Assembly (NCBI GenBank): GCA_013416795.1 | Contig: RQSC01000014.1 | Span: 486,768-550,767, forward strand | Source: Prasinococcaceae sp. CCMP 1430 | Taxonomy: Eukaryota; Plantae; Prasinodermophyta | Direction of reading: 5' to 3' | DNA length: 64,000 bases | Shown here: positions 62,470 to 64,000 of the stretch, one piece after another | How the letters are laid out: every line of letters begins with the position of its first letter | How positions within the stretch are numbered: the stretch's first letter is position 1 | Translations under genes and position numbers: made by a program | The notes under the pieces: generated by a model | What the model was told of the DNA's origin: nothing | Databases searched by the model: none | The model's input: only the letters and a program-made list of their open reading frames with translations

Positions 62470-62611
62470 CTCACGTGCACGTCCTGCACACCCCATCATC
62501 CGCGTAAGCGCGGCGCGAGCGCGCTGCATCTGGGAGGCCCTCTATCCTCCCACCCCGCCGCCTCCAGCCTTCCCATACATCCTCGTTACCAGCTAAGCTT
62601 CGCCGAGAGGC

Positions 62612-64000
62612 ATGGACATGGACGCCGCCGATGCGATGCCGGCCGCCGAGGCGCCAGAGGAGGCCCCGCACGGGCGCAGCGACTCGGCAGCGGGCTCGCG
62701 CGGTGGCAAGAAGTGGAAGGCCAAATTCGCACGCGGGCTCGAGGTGAGGGACTCGCCGGTGCCCTGGCGCGCGCGTCTTAGCGGGAGTGGAGGGAAGCCG
62801 TGCCGGTTCTCCTCCCCCACTGCCACCCGCTCCTCCGCCCACACGCGCGCACCCTCCCATCTCCCCTTTGGCGCGCGTGCGCCACCCCGCCCCCATCTGA
62901 CGAGCGAGTTCGCATGGGCGCGCACGCGCACTTCGCACACAGGCCGTCAAGGGCGTGGCGAGCCAAGTTCGGTCTTTCGTCGAGGAGCGGGAGATGCTGC
63001 GCGCGTCGTCGGGCGAGCAGCTGCGCGATCTGCGCAAGCAAGTCGACGGAGCTGACGGCGCAAAGGGCGCGCGGGGTAGCGGCGGCTCGGCGGGCCGCTA
63101 TGCCGACCTCCCCCCAGCGGTAGCTTCGCTCGCGCGCGAGCGCGACGAGCTGCGGGCAGAGGTGGCGCGCCTGGAGGACGAGCTGGCGGTTGCGTCGGCC
63201 AGCGCCTCGCGCGCCGACGCGCAACAGCGACTCATCGTCGAAGGCGCGGAGAGCGCCGCGGCCGATGTGGAGGCTCTCAAGCGTTCGACAGAGGCGGACC
63301 TCGACTCCTTGCGCGAAGAGCTCAAGGAGGCGCGCTCTGACGCCGAGGCTGCCGGGGAACGGTTGAAGGCCTCGAACAGCGCCGCAGGCACCCTCAGGGC
63401 CGAAGCGGAGGACGTGAGGGTGCGTCTAGAGGGGGCCCAGGTCGAGACTGACGGTCTCAGGGCGAGACTGGACGGCCTCAAGTCAGAGCTGGAGGCGTCG
63501 AAACGGGAGGCGGACGAGCTGCGGAGCGAGACTGAAGCCAAACGCACCGAGGCGACGGGCCTGCGAGCCGAGCTGGAAGCGGCGCGCTCCGAGGGCGGCG
63601 CGAACGCCGAAGCTGCGCAGCGTGACCTCGACAGCCTCAGAGCGCAGCTGCAAACGTTGACGGGGGAAGCCGAGGGCCTCAGCGCCAAGCTTGCCGCCTC
63701 CAAAAGTGAGGCGGACGGTCTGAGAGCCGAGGTTGAGCAGCTCAGGGCACAGCTGGCGTCCTCGAACTCACAGTCGGACTTCCTCAAAGAAGAGGCCCAT
63801 GGTCTCCGATCGGAGCTGCAAGCCGCGAAGGAGGAGGTCAAAGGTCTCGGCATGGAACTGCAAGCCTCGAAGGATGCCGAGGACGGCCTGAGGTCGGAGG
63901 TCGCGTCAGCGCGTGAGGAAGGTGCAGCGGCGGTGGCATCGACCGAGGCAGCGGCGCGCGAGGCGGCCGCTCAGGCCGAGGCCAAGCACGACGCGGCGCT
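62612..64000 (+). CDS. Long coiled-coil protein (golgin/myosin-tail-like), runs off the window; intron 62744-62942
   Basis: Exon 1 MDMDAAD...KWKAKFARGLE with GTGAGG donor, CTGAC branch, CAG acceptor, phase 0; exon 2 is open to 64000 with E/L/A/R heptads. Confidence 0.8.

Noticed and set aside
2437-62942. Introner-like repeated introns
   Set aside because: The introns inspected share only splice signals and GC simple repeats; no extended mutual similarity seen by eye (an all-versus-all alignment would settle it)
1-64000. CRISPR arrays, rRNA, tRNA, transposase or reverse transcriptase genes
   Set aside because: No regularly spaced repeats, no recognisable structural RNA, and no DDE or RT motifs; the polymerase is Y-family

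Overview
Gene-dense (about 35 genes or gene fragments in 64 kb), very GC-rich eukaryotic nuclear DNA. Short spliceosomal introns (GTGCGY donor, CTGAC branch, YAG acceptor), TGTAA poly(A)-type signals and plant-type genes (DEL/E2F, DUF760, SURNod19, RBL14-like rhomboid) alongside a motile-cilium gene (CCDC103) suggest a compact-genome, prasinophyte-like green alga; this is inference and was not confirmed. It is a draft assembly with two N runs (10064-10267, 46041-46456) and six single-N positions (5209, 7436, 21295, 23273, 27757, 30554). At least five of the single Ns hide real missing sequence and create false chimeric ORFs. Recognisable genes are ITPA, SURNod19, FAM50/XCT, IPK1, PEP-mutase/ICL family, TLC/ceramide-synthase-like, NAD(P)-Rossmann, histidine-phosphatase-like, DNA polymerase iota, GT47-sulfotransferase, RPS15, Rad6-like E2, DEL, TM9SF, DUF760, rhomboid, RING, KDM5, RPB12, lysophospholipase, GNAT-bromodomain protein, GT31-GT25, Rif1, CCDC103, AAGAB, MOSC, a second sulfotransferase and a long coiled-coil protein. 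The best leads are (1) a non-GCN5 GNAT + bromodomain + AT-hook chromatin protein, (2) glycosyltransferase/sulfotransferase fusions, (3) a SURNod19 protein with a complete PHM/DBH-type copper ligand set, and (4) three genes whose 5' exons are absent although no N marks the spot. No rRNA, tRNA, CRISPR or mobile element was supported. All protein assignments come from recalled motifs; no database search was run.
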